Shown here one piece after another: positions 1 through 16,900 of a stretch of 64,000 nucleotides of DNA (positions within the stretch are counted from its first letter, which is position 1; every line of letters begins with the position of its first letter). The notes under the pieces are model-generated. The model was not told the origin of the DNA. It did not search any database and was given only the letters and a program-made list of their open reading frames with translations. The stretch comes from an uncultured Planctomycetota bacterium (GTDB lineage: Bacteria; Planctomycetota; Planctomycetia; Isosphaerales; Isosphaeraceae). The position numbers and the translations under genes were made by a program. The stretch is taken from positions 64,001 through 128,000 of the forward strand of contig CAWJTV010000039.1 in NCBI GenBank assembly GCA_963845755.1, given 5' to 3'.

Positions 1-3000
1 AGCAGATTGCCGGGAGTCTCGCTGTGCTGTACGCCAGGGGCGTCCCCGTGGATTGGACGGCCTATCAGGCGGGGAGGGGCTGTCGTCGCGTCGCGGCACC
101 CACTTACCCGTTCGAACGGCAACACTACTGGCTGGACGCGCGGCCCGCACTCGCGGCGGTCGCGGGCTCGAAGAACATCCTACTCGGTGTGCGGGCGGCG
201 ATGGCGATGCCGATCTACGATGGCGTCCTGGACCTCGAGCACGCCGCGGGAGTCCGCGATCACCGCGTCGGCGGCGTCGCCGAGGCCCCCGCCGGCGTCT
301 ACTTGGAAATCGCCATGGCCCTCGCCGCCGAGGAGCAGAATTCCCATCGGCTTACGGTCTCCAACCTGAAGGTTGCGGCGCCGCTCCGCCTGACTGAGAG
401 CTGCCGCTTGCAGACGGTGCGGATGCCGGCCGAGTTCCAGGTCTTCAGCCTCTCCGGCAACGGCGACTGGGTCCTGAATGCCACCGGAGAGCTGGGCGGG
501 GCGGCCGAGCCGGTCCCGTGTGACTTCCCGAGCCTGCGCGCCCGTTTCCGGGAAGAACATCCGATCGAGACGTTCTACGGGCGACTGGCCGAACACGGCA
601 TCGACCTGGGCCCCGCTTGCCGTAACCTGAGCGCCCTGTGGCGAGGGGAGGGCGAAGCCCTGGGCGAGGTCGCGGCCCCGGCGGACGGTGTCGCGATCGC
701 CGATTCCTGCCTCCGCCTGCTTCAGGCGGCCGGGCTGTTCGATCCCGAGGGGGCGGCAACCGCCCTGACCGTCGCGCGAATCGGCGAATTCCGCGTGTTC
801 GCGCCGCTGTCCGGGCGTCTCTTCGTCCATGGCCAGGTGGCTGATCCGGACCGGGCCGAACTGCGGATCTTCTCGGCGGACGGCGGGCTGCTCGCCGAAG
901 CCCTGGATGTGCAGATGACCCCGGTCGCCCTCGACCCGACCGCACCGCGAGACTGGTTTTACCGACTGGAATGGCAGGATCGCCCGGCCGGAGGTACCGC
1001 GTCCGGCGCGATTGCGACCAATCCGGCCGCGATCGAGCATGTCCAACGAGAGTCGCACCGCCTCGTCCGCGAGCATGAGTTCTCTCGGTACGAGGACCTG
1101 GCGCCGCGGTTGGACCGCGTGTGCGCCGCGTATGCCCGCGTCGCCCTCGACGCCGTGCCCGATCCGCTCGCCGGGCGATACGGGCGCCTGTACAAGCACC
1201 TTCGCGCCACGCTCGCCCAGCACTGGGAGCTCCCACCGATCGATCCGGAGGAGGAATGCGCGCGGCTCGAGCGCGAGTTCCCGCAATTCTGCGGCGAATT
1301 GATGTTGCTTCGCCTCTGCGGCACTCAACTCTCCGAAATCTTCCGCGGCGCTGTCGACCCCGTGGACGTGCTGGGCGGCGCGTTCGAGACACTCGAGCGG
1401 ATTTACATCGAATCCCCCGGGGCCAAGGTGCTCAACGGCACGGTTCGAGTCGCCGTGGAATCCGCCCTCGCCGACCTGCCCCCGGACCGCATGATCAAGA
1501 TCCTCGAGATCGGGGCGGGCACCGGCGGGACGACCGAGTTCCTGGCGCCGACCCTGGCCGGACGGGCCGTCGATTATCTGTTCACCGACGTCTCCCCGTT
1601 GTTCCTGGCGAGGGCTCGTGAGCGTTTCCGGGAGTATTCGTTCTTCCGCTACTCGGTCCTCGACATCGAGCAGACGCCGAAGATGGCCGGAAGTTTCGAT
1701 ATCGTCGTGGTCGCCAACGTGCTCCATGCCACCGCCGACCTGCGCCGCGTGCTGCGAAATGTCCGCGAGCTGATGGCGCCCTCGGGCTTGCTCCTTCTCG
1801 TCGAGGGCACTCGGCCGGAGAGCTGGGTTAACCTGACCTTCGGATTGACGGAAGGTTGGTGGAAGTTCGACGACCATGAGTTGCGAGGAGACTATCCGCT
1901 CCTCTCGCGCGAAGGCTGGCTCGGCCTGCTCGAGTCCGAGGGTTTCTCCGCCGCGGCGGTCCAGCCCGCGCCGGGGTCGCAGCAGGTGCTGCTGCTCGCC
2001 CGGGCCCCCGCGCGCTCGGCGCCGTGCATCCTCGTCTCCGCCAAGGAGAGCAATCTCCCGGCCGCATTCGCGGAGAAGTTCGCCGGCCTGACCGTCGTTT
2101 CCGACGCCCGAGAACTCGAGCAGAGCCTCGTACCGGCGGCGGACATCGTGCTGGACGCGATCTCCGCGGATTGCTTCCTCCCCTCGATGCTCCGCGTGAT
2201 AGTGTCGGGCGCCGGTCCGGCCCGGGTGCGGCTCCTCACCCGCGGCGCCAACGCACTCTCCGATGAACCGACGTCCCCAGAACAGGCCGTCCAGTGGGGG
2301 CTGGCCCGCGTCGCGGCCCTGGAGCATCCCCATCTCTGGGCGGGCGCCCTGGACTTCGAACCCGGCGCCACGTCGTCCGAGATCGCCGCGGCCGTCCGCG
2401 ATGAGCTGTCGAGCGGCTCGAACGAGGACCAGGTGGGGTTTCGGGCCGGTCGGCGTTACGTGCCGCGCCTCGTCCGTGACGCGATCGAGCCGGCACCGGC
2501 CCCCACGTTCCGTGCCGACGGCGCCTACGTCATCACGGGGGGCCTCGGCGGGCTCGGCCGCAAGACCGCCGAATGGCTCATCCGCCACGGCGCCCGTCAG
2601 TTGATCCTCGTCGGCCGGACGGCGGCGCCGGATTCGCCGACGGTCGCCGCCCTGGAGCGACTCGGAGCGGTCGTCAAGGTCATCGCGGCGGATATTGCCG
2701 CCGACGATGCGGTGGCCATCCTGCGGGCCGCGACCGCGGCAACACCCGTCTGCGGCATCATACATGCGGCGGCCGTCTTCGATAACACTCCATTGATCGA
2801 CGTCACACAAGAAAGCCTTGAGGCCGCGCTCCGCCCGAAGCTCGCTGGAGCCCTCAATCTCGTGGAGTATGGCGTAGAAGCCGCGCCCGATTTCCTCGTC
2901 TTATTCTCGTCCACGACAGGAGTGCTCGGTGCCCGGGGGATGGGGGCCTACGCGGCGGCCAACGCGGCGATGGACGGCATCGCTCAATGTGCGCGCAGGC

Positions 3001-3701
3001 GGGGAATCCCCGCCGTCTCGATCAACTGGGGGACGTGGGACGAGATGGGGGGCACCTCGGAAGAGGATCGCCAATCCTTCGCTCGGAAGGGATTGGAGCC
3101 GATGCCGTCGGAATTGGCGCTCGCCGCCCTCGGCACCGTCGTAGCTGCGGGCCGAACCCGGGCGGTCGTGGCCAATATCGAGTGGGCAACGTTGAAGGCG
3201 GCATACGAAGCCTGGCGGCCTCAGCCGATGTTGGAACTCATCAGGTCGATCGAACGCCGCTTCGAATTGAACTTGCCCCCTGAGGCGTCCCGGGATCTCG
3301 CGACGATCCTCGGGGACACCCCCCAGGCCCAGAGGCTGGATCGCACCGTCAACGCCGTCCGGGGGGTCGCCGCCAGAGTGCTCGGCGTGCAACCTCACGA
3401 ACTGGATGCCGCCCTCGGCCTCTTCGAGATGGGCATGGACTCTCTCATGGCCGTCGAACTGAAGCGACGGCTGGAGGCGCTGTCCGGGAGCAGGTTGCCT
3501 TCTACGCTGACGTTCAATTATCCGAACGTCCTGTCCATCGGCGGTTTCCTGCTGGACCTACTGGGTTTGGCACCGGCGTCCAACCCGGTCGGCGCCGTAA
3601 CGGCCCCGCCGGCTCCACGGGCCGGAATCGATGCGCGTGATGACCTGTCGGAGAGCGAACTCGCCGGATTACTTGCGGAGTCTCTTAAGTCAATAATGTG
3701 A
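1..3701 (+). CDS. Type I modular PKS, 3' part (post-AT linker, DH, C-methyltransferase, KR, ACP, docking helix); 5' end outside the window
   Basis: ORF 24..3701: linker PTYPFERQHYW, DH HRVGGVAEAP, cMT ILEIGAGTGGTT and VLHAT, KR ITGGLGGLG, HAAAVFDN and YAAAN, ACP GMDSLMAVEL. Confidence 0.95.
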   Translation, partial: QIAGSLAVLYARGVPVDWTAYQAGRGCRRVAAPTYPFERQHYWLDARPALAAVAGSKNILLGVRAAMAMPIYDGVLDLEHAAGVRDHRVGGVAEAPAGVYLEIAMALAAEEQNSHRLTVSNLKVAAPLRLTESCRLQTVRMPAEFQVFSLSGNGDWVLNATGELGGAAEPVPCDFPSLRARFREEHPIETFYGRLAEHGIDLGPACRNLSALWRGEGEALGEVAAPADGVAIADSCLRLLQAAGLFDPEGAATALTVARIGEFRVFAPLSGRLFVHGQVADPDRAELRIFSADGGLLAEALDVQMTPVALDPTAPRDWFYRLEWQDRPAGGTASGAIATNPAAIEHVQRESHRLVREHEFSRYEDLAPRLDRVCAAYARVALDAVPDPLAGRYGRLYKHLRATLAQHWELPPIDPEEECARLEREFPQFCGELMLLRLCGTQLSEIFRGAVDPVDVLGGAFETLERIYIESPGAKVLNGTVRVAVESALADLPPDRMIKILEIGAGTGGTTEFLAPTLAGRAVDYLFTDVSPLFLARARERFREYSFFRYSVLDIEQTPKMAGSFDIVVVANVLHATADLRRVLRNVRELMAPSGLLLLVEGTRPESWVNLTFGLTEGWWKFDDHELRGDYPLLSREGWLGLLESEGFSAAAVQPAPGSQQVLLLARAPARSAPCILVSAKESNLPAAFAEKFAGLTVVSDARELEQSLVPAADIVLDAISADCFLPSMLRVIVSGAGPARVRLLTRGANALSDEPTSPEQAVQWGLARVAALEHPHLWAGALDFEPGATSSEIAAAVRDELSSGSNEDQVGFRAGRRYVPRLVRDAIEPAPAPTFRADGAYVITGGLGGLGRKTAEWLIRHGARQLILVGRTAAPDSPTVAALERLGAVVKVIAADIAADDAVAILRAATAATPVCGIIHAAAVFDNTPLIDVTQESLEAALRPKLAGALNLVEYGVEAAPDFLVLFSSTTGVLGARGMGAYAAANAAMDGIAQCARRRGIPAVSINWGTWDEMGGTSEEDRQSFARKGLEPMPSELALAALGTVVAAGRTRAVVANIEWATLKAAYEAWRPQPMLELIRSIERRFELNLPPEASRDLATILGDTPQAQRLDRTVNAVRGVAARVLGVQPHELDAALGLFEMGMDSLMAVELKRRLEALSGSRLPSTLTFNYPNVLSIGGFLLDLLGLAPASNPVGAVTAPPAPRAGIDARDDLSESELAGLLAESLKSIM

Positions 3702-3919
3702 ACAAGGTGGCTGGAAGGCAGGCACACGCCGTGAACCCCGATCCGGCGTCGCAGCAGACCGCCTCCGGCAATGTCGGCGCGACGGCTCGTTTCGCTCGGG
3801 ATCCCACTGTCACTCCCGGCGGAATGCCGCGGGGGTGACGGGGTCGGCGTCGTCCCGGAGTTCCTCGGACGGCGAACCATGGGCTCGATGTGGGGACCCG
3901 AACTGTGGAGGACCTAGGT

Positions 3920-9268
<5,349 letters not shown>

Positions 9269-9273
9269 CGGCG

Positions 9274-10687
9274 ATGAGGAGCGAGACCCCGTTGAATCCG
9301 AACGCGGACATGATGACTGCCGAGCAGAAGCGCGACCTGCTCAAGCGACTCCTGCGGAGGGAGCTCGAGCTCGAGCGGTATCCGCTCTCGTATAATCAGC
9401 GCCGCCCTCTGGTTCCTCCACCGCCTGGCGCCGGCGTCGGCCAATTACAATGTGGCGATCGCCACACGTGTTGCACCGCCGCTTGACCTCGGAGTCTTCG
9501 AACACGCGCTGCGTCAGGTCATGGCTCGACACGAACCACTGCGCTCAGTGGTCGGCGCAGGACTCCGCTGGACCCTGGCAGCGGCTGACGTCGGTACCGC
9601 CTGCAGTCGAGGTGCACGATGTCCGAGGCATGTCGCCAGGGCAACTTCAGGGTCTCGTCGAGGCCGATTATCGCCGGCCGTTCGACTTGCAGGGACGTCC
9701 GCCGTTGCGGATCTCGGCCTACCGTGGGACCGACCACGACGTGATTCTGATCAATGCCCACCATCTCGCCCTCGACGCTCAATCCTTGCTCGTCCTCATC
9801 GAAGAGTTGCGATCGGCGTACGAAGGGACGGCCCTGCTGCCGCTGACAGCGGCTTATCGTGATTTCGTCTACTGGCAGCGGGACATGCTCGCCAGCCGGC
9901 GCGCCAGGGTCCTCGAGGAGTACTGGTCCGAGCGTCTCGCGGGCGAACTCCCCGTCCTGAACCTGCGCTGCGCCGAAGGCGCCCCGAGATGCCCTCCTAC
10001 ACGGGAGGCTCGGTCCCTCTATCGATCGAGCCCCCGCTGCTCGAATCGTTGCGGGCACTCGCGCGCCGTGAGCAAACCACCCTGTTCACCGTTCTCCTCC
10101 TGGCCTGGAGCACGCTCCTGGCCCGCGAATCCGGTCAGTCGGAAGTCGTCGTCGGCACGCCGGTCTCGGGCCGTACACGCCCGGAATGGGCCACGATCAT
10201 CGGCTGCTTCGTCAATACGCTCCCCCTGCGCGTCCGCGTCGATGCCTGGCAACCGTTGGAGCCTCAACTTCCGTCGGTGATCGAGACGGTGCGCGGTGCA
10301 TTGGACCACCAGGATCTCCCCTTCTCGTGCATGGTCAACCTGCTCAAGGTGTCGCGAAGCGCCACGCACTCCCCGCTCTATCAGACGATGCTGAACGTAG
10401 TTCGCGTTCCCCGCACGGCCGGATTCGAAGACCTGTTCCTGGCCGATCACACGGGTGGCATCCCCTTCGGCAACTCCCGCATGCGAACGTTACCTCTCGC
10501 CCAGCAGCAAGGTCAATTTGACTGGTCGCTCGAGCTTGCTGAGTTCGAGGAAAGCATGGAGGGCAACCTGAAATACAGCGACGATGTCGGGACCTTAGAT
10601 GATGCAGTGCGACTCGCCCGTTTGCTTCTGTCCCTCCTCGCGGAGATGATTCCCGGGCGTGACGAACGTGAGGAACTGGCGATCTGA
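9274..10687 (+). CDS. Stand-alone NRPS-type condensation domain protein (frameshifted; start at 9274 or 9310)
   Basis: YPLSYNQ, HHLALDA core, YRDFVYWQ, EQTTLFTVLL, IGCFVNTLPLR, HQDLPF; no A or PCP domain before the stop at 10687. Confidence 0.88.
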
Positions 10688-10919
10688 GGGCTCGTCGGCC
10701 GGCTCGCAAGCTACCACCGAGGTCGGGCTGGCACAAATCAGGGGCGCATCGCTCATTCTTCCCCCACAGAATATCGCTCCCGGCGTCGTCCCCGAGCCGA
10801 CTCGGAGCTTCGGTGGCCGGTCCGCGACCGGACCAACCGGCTGCGGAGCGATCGGTAGCCGGGTTGTCACCGTATCCTCGGTACCTGTCAGGGTCATTAA
10901 ACGCGGATTTCCGCGGGCC

Positions 10920-12750
10920 GGAAAATAATCAACGATCCGCAAGAGGGCTAGGAGCCCCGGTGTTATTGGATGTAAGCTCTTGACTGGTCTACCTCATCAA
11001 GGATTTCGCAACAGCAGGGAGGTGTCAGGATGCCTTACTGCCTGGCCCAAGGATGCGGATTTCACCACGTGGGAGCTCGATGTCCTCGATCGGGACTGCC
11101 CGGTTTGCGGGCGCATGATGCATATCTGTGACCATCGCTACCGCCACTTCCATACCCTGACCGGTCCGGTGGAACTGGTCTGCAAGCTCAACCATTGTCC
11201 GGATCCCGACTGTCCCGGCCACGCCAGGACCAAGAGCCCGGAGCTCGAAGTCACGATCGCTCAGCCCAAGTGGGCCATCGGCTGGGATGTCTTCTGTTGG
11301 ATCGGTCATCGCCGGTTCTCGCGCCACTGGGCGATCTCCCAGATCCGGTCGGAGCTCTTCGACGGATACGGCATCCAGCTTTCCGAGGACTCCCTCGCCC
11401 GCTATCTCCGCCATTACCAGATCATGCTCGCCGCGCGGCAAGAGGACGCCGAGGCCCTGCGGCGGCAGTATGAAGCGGTCGATGAGATCATCCTCTCCAT
11501 CGACGGCCTTCAGCCCGAGAAGGGGCACGAGACCCTCTACGTGGTCCGGGAGTTGACCCAGAAGCGGGTGTGGTTCGCCGAGGCGTTGATCTCCGCGACG
11601 GCCGACGAGGTGCGGCGGCTGATCGCCAAGGCCAAGGAGTGGGCCGATGGGCTGGGCAAGCCGGTGGTGCTCTGGTTGTCGGACCGGCAAGATGCCTTCG
11701 TGACCGGAATCGCAGCGGAGTTCCCCGACGTGCCGCATCGCTACTGCCAGAACCACTTCCTCCGCGACGTGGCCAAGCCGGTGTTGGAGCTCGACAGCCA
11801 CACCAAAGTCCAGATGCGCAAGAAAGTGCGCGGCCTGCGGAAGATCGAGCAGGCCGTGCTCAAACGGCACCATGTCGCGACGTCGGAGGACCCGGCCGGA
11901 GACGATGCCCAGGCCACGAGCACGGTCCCTGGGGACCCGGCGGACCCGCCCCAGCCGACGGCCGATCCGGCCGGCGCCGTGGTGCTCGACTACTGCGCGG
12001 CGGTGCGCGGCATTCTCAATGACGATCAGGGTGGACCGCTGCAACCGCCCGGGTTGCGGATGGCCGAGGCCTTGGATGAGGTTCGCGAGTCGATCCAACG
12101 GAACTTGGACGAGAAAAAAGGGGGTTCGCGGAGAAGCAACTGGACCGCTTGGCCGGCTGCATCGACCGCGGCCTCGATGAAGTCGAGGCCGAACAAGAGA
12201 CGATCCGCGTCTACGTCAAGGACATCGAGGCGGTTGCGGCGACCCTGAATCCCGGCGCGGGAAGCTGCGCGGACCGCCAGGAACAGTTCGAGGAGTTGAT
12301 CGATCGGTTCGAGCAGAGTGAGGATTCGATCCGTGCGACGATGGCCCGGGTGATGATCAGCTTCCTCGCCGGGCTGTTCGTGGGCGAAGGGGAGTTCGAG
12401 GCGATCCGGGACAATCTCGATCTGGAGCGGTGGTTCCGCTTGCCCAAGAGTCACGAGCGGCGGATTCACGGTCACCGCCACGCGGGGGTTCGGATCGTTC
12501 AAGAAGGGCCGACGTTGGTGCATGCGTTAGATGCGCATGTTGCACACCCCGAACCGTTCACCGTGGAGGACCTGCTCCCGTATCGGACAGCCCGAGAGCC
12601 GCCGAGCCAAAAACAGGCGATGGACCGCCGGAAGAATCATGAGGAAGGCGCGATCCCCGAAGAAACGGCCGTTGCTCCTGGCCGACTTGGAGCGGCGTTA
12701 TCGGGAATCGCCGGTGTTTTAGCTCTGTCGCGGACCATTGTATTTTTTCC
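10920..12750 (+). mobile_element. Insertion sequence, Mutator/IS256-like DDE transposase
   Basis: Imperfect 31-bp TIRs 10920-10950 (GGAAAATAATCAACGATCCGCAAGAGGGCTA) and 12720-12750 (reverse complement GGAAAAAATACAATGGTCCGCGACAGAGCTA), 23/31 identical, enclosing one transposase gene. Confidence 0.85.
11030..12722 (+). CDS. Transposase (N-terminal CxxC Zn ribbon; DDE core with CxxH); -1 frameshift at A6G5
   Basis: CPVC and CKLNHC; ILSIDGLQPEKGHE, WLSDRQ, HRYCQNHF; continues in ORFs 12149 and 12531; TAG stop lies inside the right TIR. Confidence 0.82.
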
Positions 12751-13225
12751 CCTGTGGCGCTTTGGATATCGCGTCTGCGCGGTCAGGCTGGACGAGACGA
12801 GAAGCAGCTTCTGTGGCGTATCCATAAATCGAGGGACTCTATCAGGCCGAAGACCAAGCTCGTGCGAACCTCGATTCGATCCGAGGGTCCCTTCAACGGG
12901 CCTTCCTCATACCACCGGTTCGACCGATGGTGCTGATCGGCACGACATCCGCTCTTAGTCCCACGGAAGCCACCAAGAACAGCTCTCGACACCTTCGTCG
13001 TCCCCTGACACCTTCGTCGTCCCGAAGGAGCAGTCTGGTCGGAAGCTGGCGGGATTGTCCCGGGAAAGGCCGGGCCAACGATGGCTCGCCACACGAGTTC
13101 GAGAGTGCCGAATGCGGTCGCGCGACAAGGCATCGCGGCCACGGCCTCGCGTTGCTCATCGAAGGACGATTCGGGCTCGACTCACCCGACTTGGAAACCG
13201 CATCCTGGGAAAAACCCTCTTTTCT

Positions 13226-13258
13226 TGTCCCGGACCCGCGGCGGCCCGCCGGATATAA
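13226..13258 (+). promoter_or_regulatory. Putative ECF promoter TGTCCC-N20-GATATAA, apparently leaderless
   Basis: Same boxes at the same 36-nt offset from ATG as in the second ECF copy. Confidence 0.6.
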
Positions 13259-13261
13259 GGT

Positions 13262-13912
13262 ATGGGCAAGTTCAGGAACGACCCACCGAGTGAATCCGTC
13301 CACCTGTTCGAGCGCCTCCGGGCCGGGGATCGCCGTGCGCTGGCCGAGCTGTTCCAGCAGCACCGCGACCGACTGCGGAGGATGGTCGAGCTCCGAATGG
13401 ACACGCGGTTGCATGGTCGGATTGACGCCTCCGACGTGCTTCAGGACGGCTTCCTCGACCTGGCCCACCGGGTGGACAGCTATCTGAGCGATCCCAGCCT
13501 GCCGGTATTCCTCTGGCTGCGACGGATCGTCTGTGATCGGTTGGCGATGGTCCACCGCCACCACCTCGGGACGCAGATGCGAGACGTCTCCCAGGAGGTC
13601 TCGCTCTATCGCGATCCGATGCCCCAGACCAGCTCGGCGGCCCTGGTCTCGATGCTGCTAGGGCGGCTGACCACGCCCTCGAACGCCGCGATCCGCGCCG
13701 AGCAGATCCTCAAGGTCCAGGAGGCGGTCAACTCGCTCGATCCCCTCGATCGCGAGATCGTGGCGCTGCGGCATTTCGAGCAGCTCAGCCGGGCCGAGAC
13801 CGCGGAGGTGCTGGGCATCAGCGAGGAGGCCGGGGCCAAGCGTTACATCCGGGCCCTCAAGAAGCTCAAGACGATCCTGGCCGCGATGCCGGGCGGTCGG
13901 GAAGGACCGTGA
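13262..13912 (+). CDS. ECF sigma factor, planctomycete kinase-associated type (copy 1)
   Basis: sigma2 LRRMVELRMD..RIDASDVLQD; sigma4 LDPLDREIVALRHFEQLSRAETAEVLGIS; 3 nt upstream of the kinase ATG. Confidence 0.93.
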   Translation: MGKFRNDPPSESVHLFERLRAGDRRALAELFQQHRDRLRRMVELRMDTRLHGRIDASDVLQDGFLDLAHRVDSYLSDPSLPVFLWLRRIVCDRLAMVHRHHLGTQMRDVSQEVSLYRDPMPQTSSAALVSMLLGRLTTPSNAAIRAEQILKVQEAVNSLDPLDREIVALRHFEQLSRAETAEVLGISEEAGAKRYIRALKKLKTILAAMPGGREGP

Positions 13913-13915
13913 ACG

Positions 13916-16900
13916 ATGTCGAAGTCTCGTTCGGAACAGTTTGACCTGCTCGATCAATTGGCCGAGGAATTCGCGGCACGCTTCCGACGCGGCGAACGGC
14001 CTGCGCTGAAGGAATACACCGATCGCTACCCGAAGCTGGCCGAGGAGATCCGCGAGCTCTTTCCGGCGATGATCCAGGTGGAGCAGGCCGAGGGCGACCG
14101 GCAGGGTGATGAGGCGATGAACACGAGCGTTTCCCGGATTGCGAATCCATCCCTGGGACAGATCGGCGACTACCGGATCCTCCGCGAGATCGGCCGGGGC
14201 GGCATGGGCGTGGTCTACGAGGCCGAGCAGATCTCGCTGGGCCGTCGCGTGGCGCTGAAGGTCCTGCCGAGGCACGTGTCCGGCGACCGGCTGGTCCAGG
14301 AGCGGTTCCGCCGCGAGGCCCGCGCCGCGGCTCGACTCCATCACACCAACATCGTCCCGGTCTTCGAGGTGGGGCAGGATGAGGATGTCCGCTATTACGC
14401 CATGCAGTTCATCCAGGGTCAGGGCCTGGACCTGGTCATCAACGAGCTGCAGCAGCTCCGCGACCGGGGCGGATCCGAGCACAAGACCAAGGCGGCCGCC
14501 CAGGGCCAGTCACTGCAGCCCCGCCCCCGCGGAGAGCGCTCGCGCCAGGGCATCGACGCCCCGACCATCGCCGAAGGAGTCGAGGTCAGTGCGGTGTTGC
14601 GGTCCATTCTGATCGGTCGGTTCGAGCCTGGCGGCCGGGGCTCGGAGCCGGGGGGAGCCTCACCATCGATGCAGGGCAGTGACTGCAAAGGAACCCTCGC
14701 GACACCGACTGGGACTGGGGCCAAGCATCGCGCGACCAAATCCGACCCCGTGCCGGCGGACACCCAGACCGAGTGTGCGACCGTCGGCGTAATTGACGAC
14801 CTCGATCGCCAGGCACAATTCCGCATGGGCGAGCCTCAACGCGAGCCAGACGCTAACCCATCTGGGACGATGCCTCGGCCTCCCGGAACGACGAAAAACC
14901 ATCTCTCCGGGTCATCGTCCCTCTCCCCGTCGTCCAGCTCGGCGGTCCTGCCCGGGGGTGCCCAGCTCTCGTCGGTCGAGTCGGGCCGGCGGCGGTTCTT
15001 CCGCAGCCTGGCGCAGATCGGCCGGCAGGTCGCCGGGGGCCTCGCCTACGCCCACGCGCGGGGGATCGTCCACCGCGACATCAAGCCGTCGAACTTGCTC
15101 CTGGACACCGAAGGCGTGGTCTGGATCGCCGATTTCGGCCTGGCCAAGGGGGAAGACGAGGGGCTGACCCAGAGCGGCGACATCCTGGGCACCCTCCGCT
15201 ACATGGCCCCCGAACGGTTCCGGGGTGAAGGGGATGCTCGGGCCGACGTCTACGCACTGGGGATGACGCTCTACGAGCTGCTCACCCTCGCGCCGGGATT
15301 CGACTGTTCGGACCGGCTCAAGCTGATCGAGCAGATCAAGACCGAAGAGCCGGAGCGGCCGCGGGCCATCGATGCCCGGATCCCCGGGACCTGGAGACGA
15401 TCGTCTTGAAGGCGATCGAGAAGGACCCGAAGGCGCGGTACCCGTCGGCCGAGGCGTCGGCGAGGACCTGGGGCGGTTCCTCGCCGACGAGCCGATCCGG
15501 GCCCGTCGAGCGACCCTGACCGAGCAAGCGGTGCGGTGGTGCCGGCGAAACCCCGTACTCGCGTCGCTGGTCGCGGCCGTCCTGCTCGCCACGCTCACCG
15601 GGGCCGGGTTTGCATCGTTCTACGCGGTTCGCGCAGAGAACGAGCGCGGCAAGGCGGTTGACCGGGAGCGCGAGGCGATCCGCGCGAAAAGACGCCGAGA
15701 CCGCCTCGGTCCGAGCCTCCATCGCACGTCGGGCCGCCGAGGAATCGGCCGAGGAGGCGCGGAAACGACTGACGCGCCTCTACGTCTTTTCCGGCGTCCG
15801 ATACCAGGAAGACCGCGACATCCCCGCGGCCCTCCTCTGGTTCCACCGGGCGTGGGAGCAGGACCATGCCGATCCGGTGGCCGACGCCGCTCATCGGACG
15901 CGGATCGCCGGGGCACTCGCCGAGATGCCGGACCTGATCGGGGCGTGTTTCCACAAGACCAAGGTTTGCGACGCCGTCTTCTCGCCGGACGGACGGCGCG
16001 GTCCTCACCCGGACCGATGGGAACGAGGCTTATCTGTGGGATTACGAGAACAGCCGGCTCGCCGCCCCGGCCCTGTCGCACGCCGGCCGGGTGCGGCATA
16101 TCGCTTACAGTCCCGACGGGAAGTCGGTCGCCACGGCGTCGGCCGATGGCACCGCGTGCGTCTGGGATTCGGCCACCGGGGTCAGGCGATACACCCTGAA
16201 ACACGACGGCCCGCTGACCTGGGTCGCGTTCCACCTGGATGGCAAGCGGCTCGCGACCGCCGCCGAGGACAGGACGGTGCGGATGTGGTCCGCCGGCGAT
16301 GGAAACCCGATCAACTGGCGGCTGCCCGTCGACACAGTGATCGATCATCTCGCGTTCTCCCCCGACGGGTCCCGGCTCGTCACCGCCGGCCGGGATAAGC
16401 TCGTCCGGGTCTGGGATGTCGATCGGCCCAGGGACATCTACCCGACACTCCCCTATCGGCAACCGACCGACACCGAGCGGTACGCGTTCAACCAGGATAG
16501 CTGGCCCAAGTTCGCGCCGGATAGCCGGGCCGTGCTCAGTTCCAACGGAAAGGGATTGGCAGTGTGGGCGGGCGGGGAAAAGGACGCCGTCCGGATGATC
16601 CCGTTCGGATCGAGACACTGGGTGGTCGAGACGTACTTCGTGCCCCATACCGACCATGTGCTGGTGACCGGAAATGCCCATGTGGCGACGGTGGTCGACC
16701 TCAAGCACGGCAAGGTCGTTCACGAGTTGTCTCATCCGCGGGAAGCCAACCTCGGCGCGGTCAGTCCGGATGGCAAGTGGCTGCTCACGTGCAGCAGCGG
16801 GGGCCTGGTCAGCTCTGTGGGACGCGGCCACGGGCCTGCGAGCCGGGCCGCCGCAGCGGTGCGGCGACTTCTGTAGCGCGGTCGAATTCACCGCGGACAG

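Noticed and set aside
180..2810. Long antisense and alternative-frame ORFs (876 aa here; also 55560..57710, 20410..21945, 49271..50803)
   Set aside because: Shadows of real high-GC genes on the other strand or frame; no motifs
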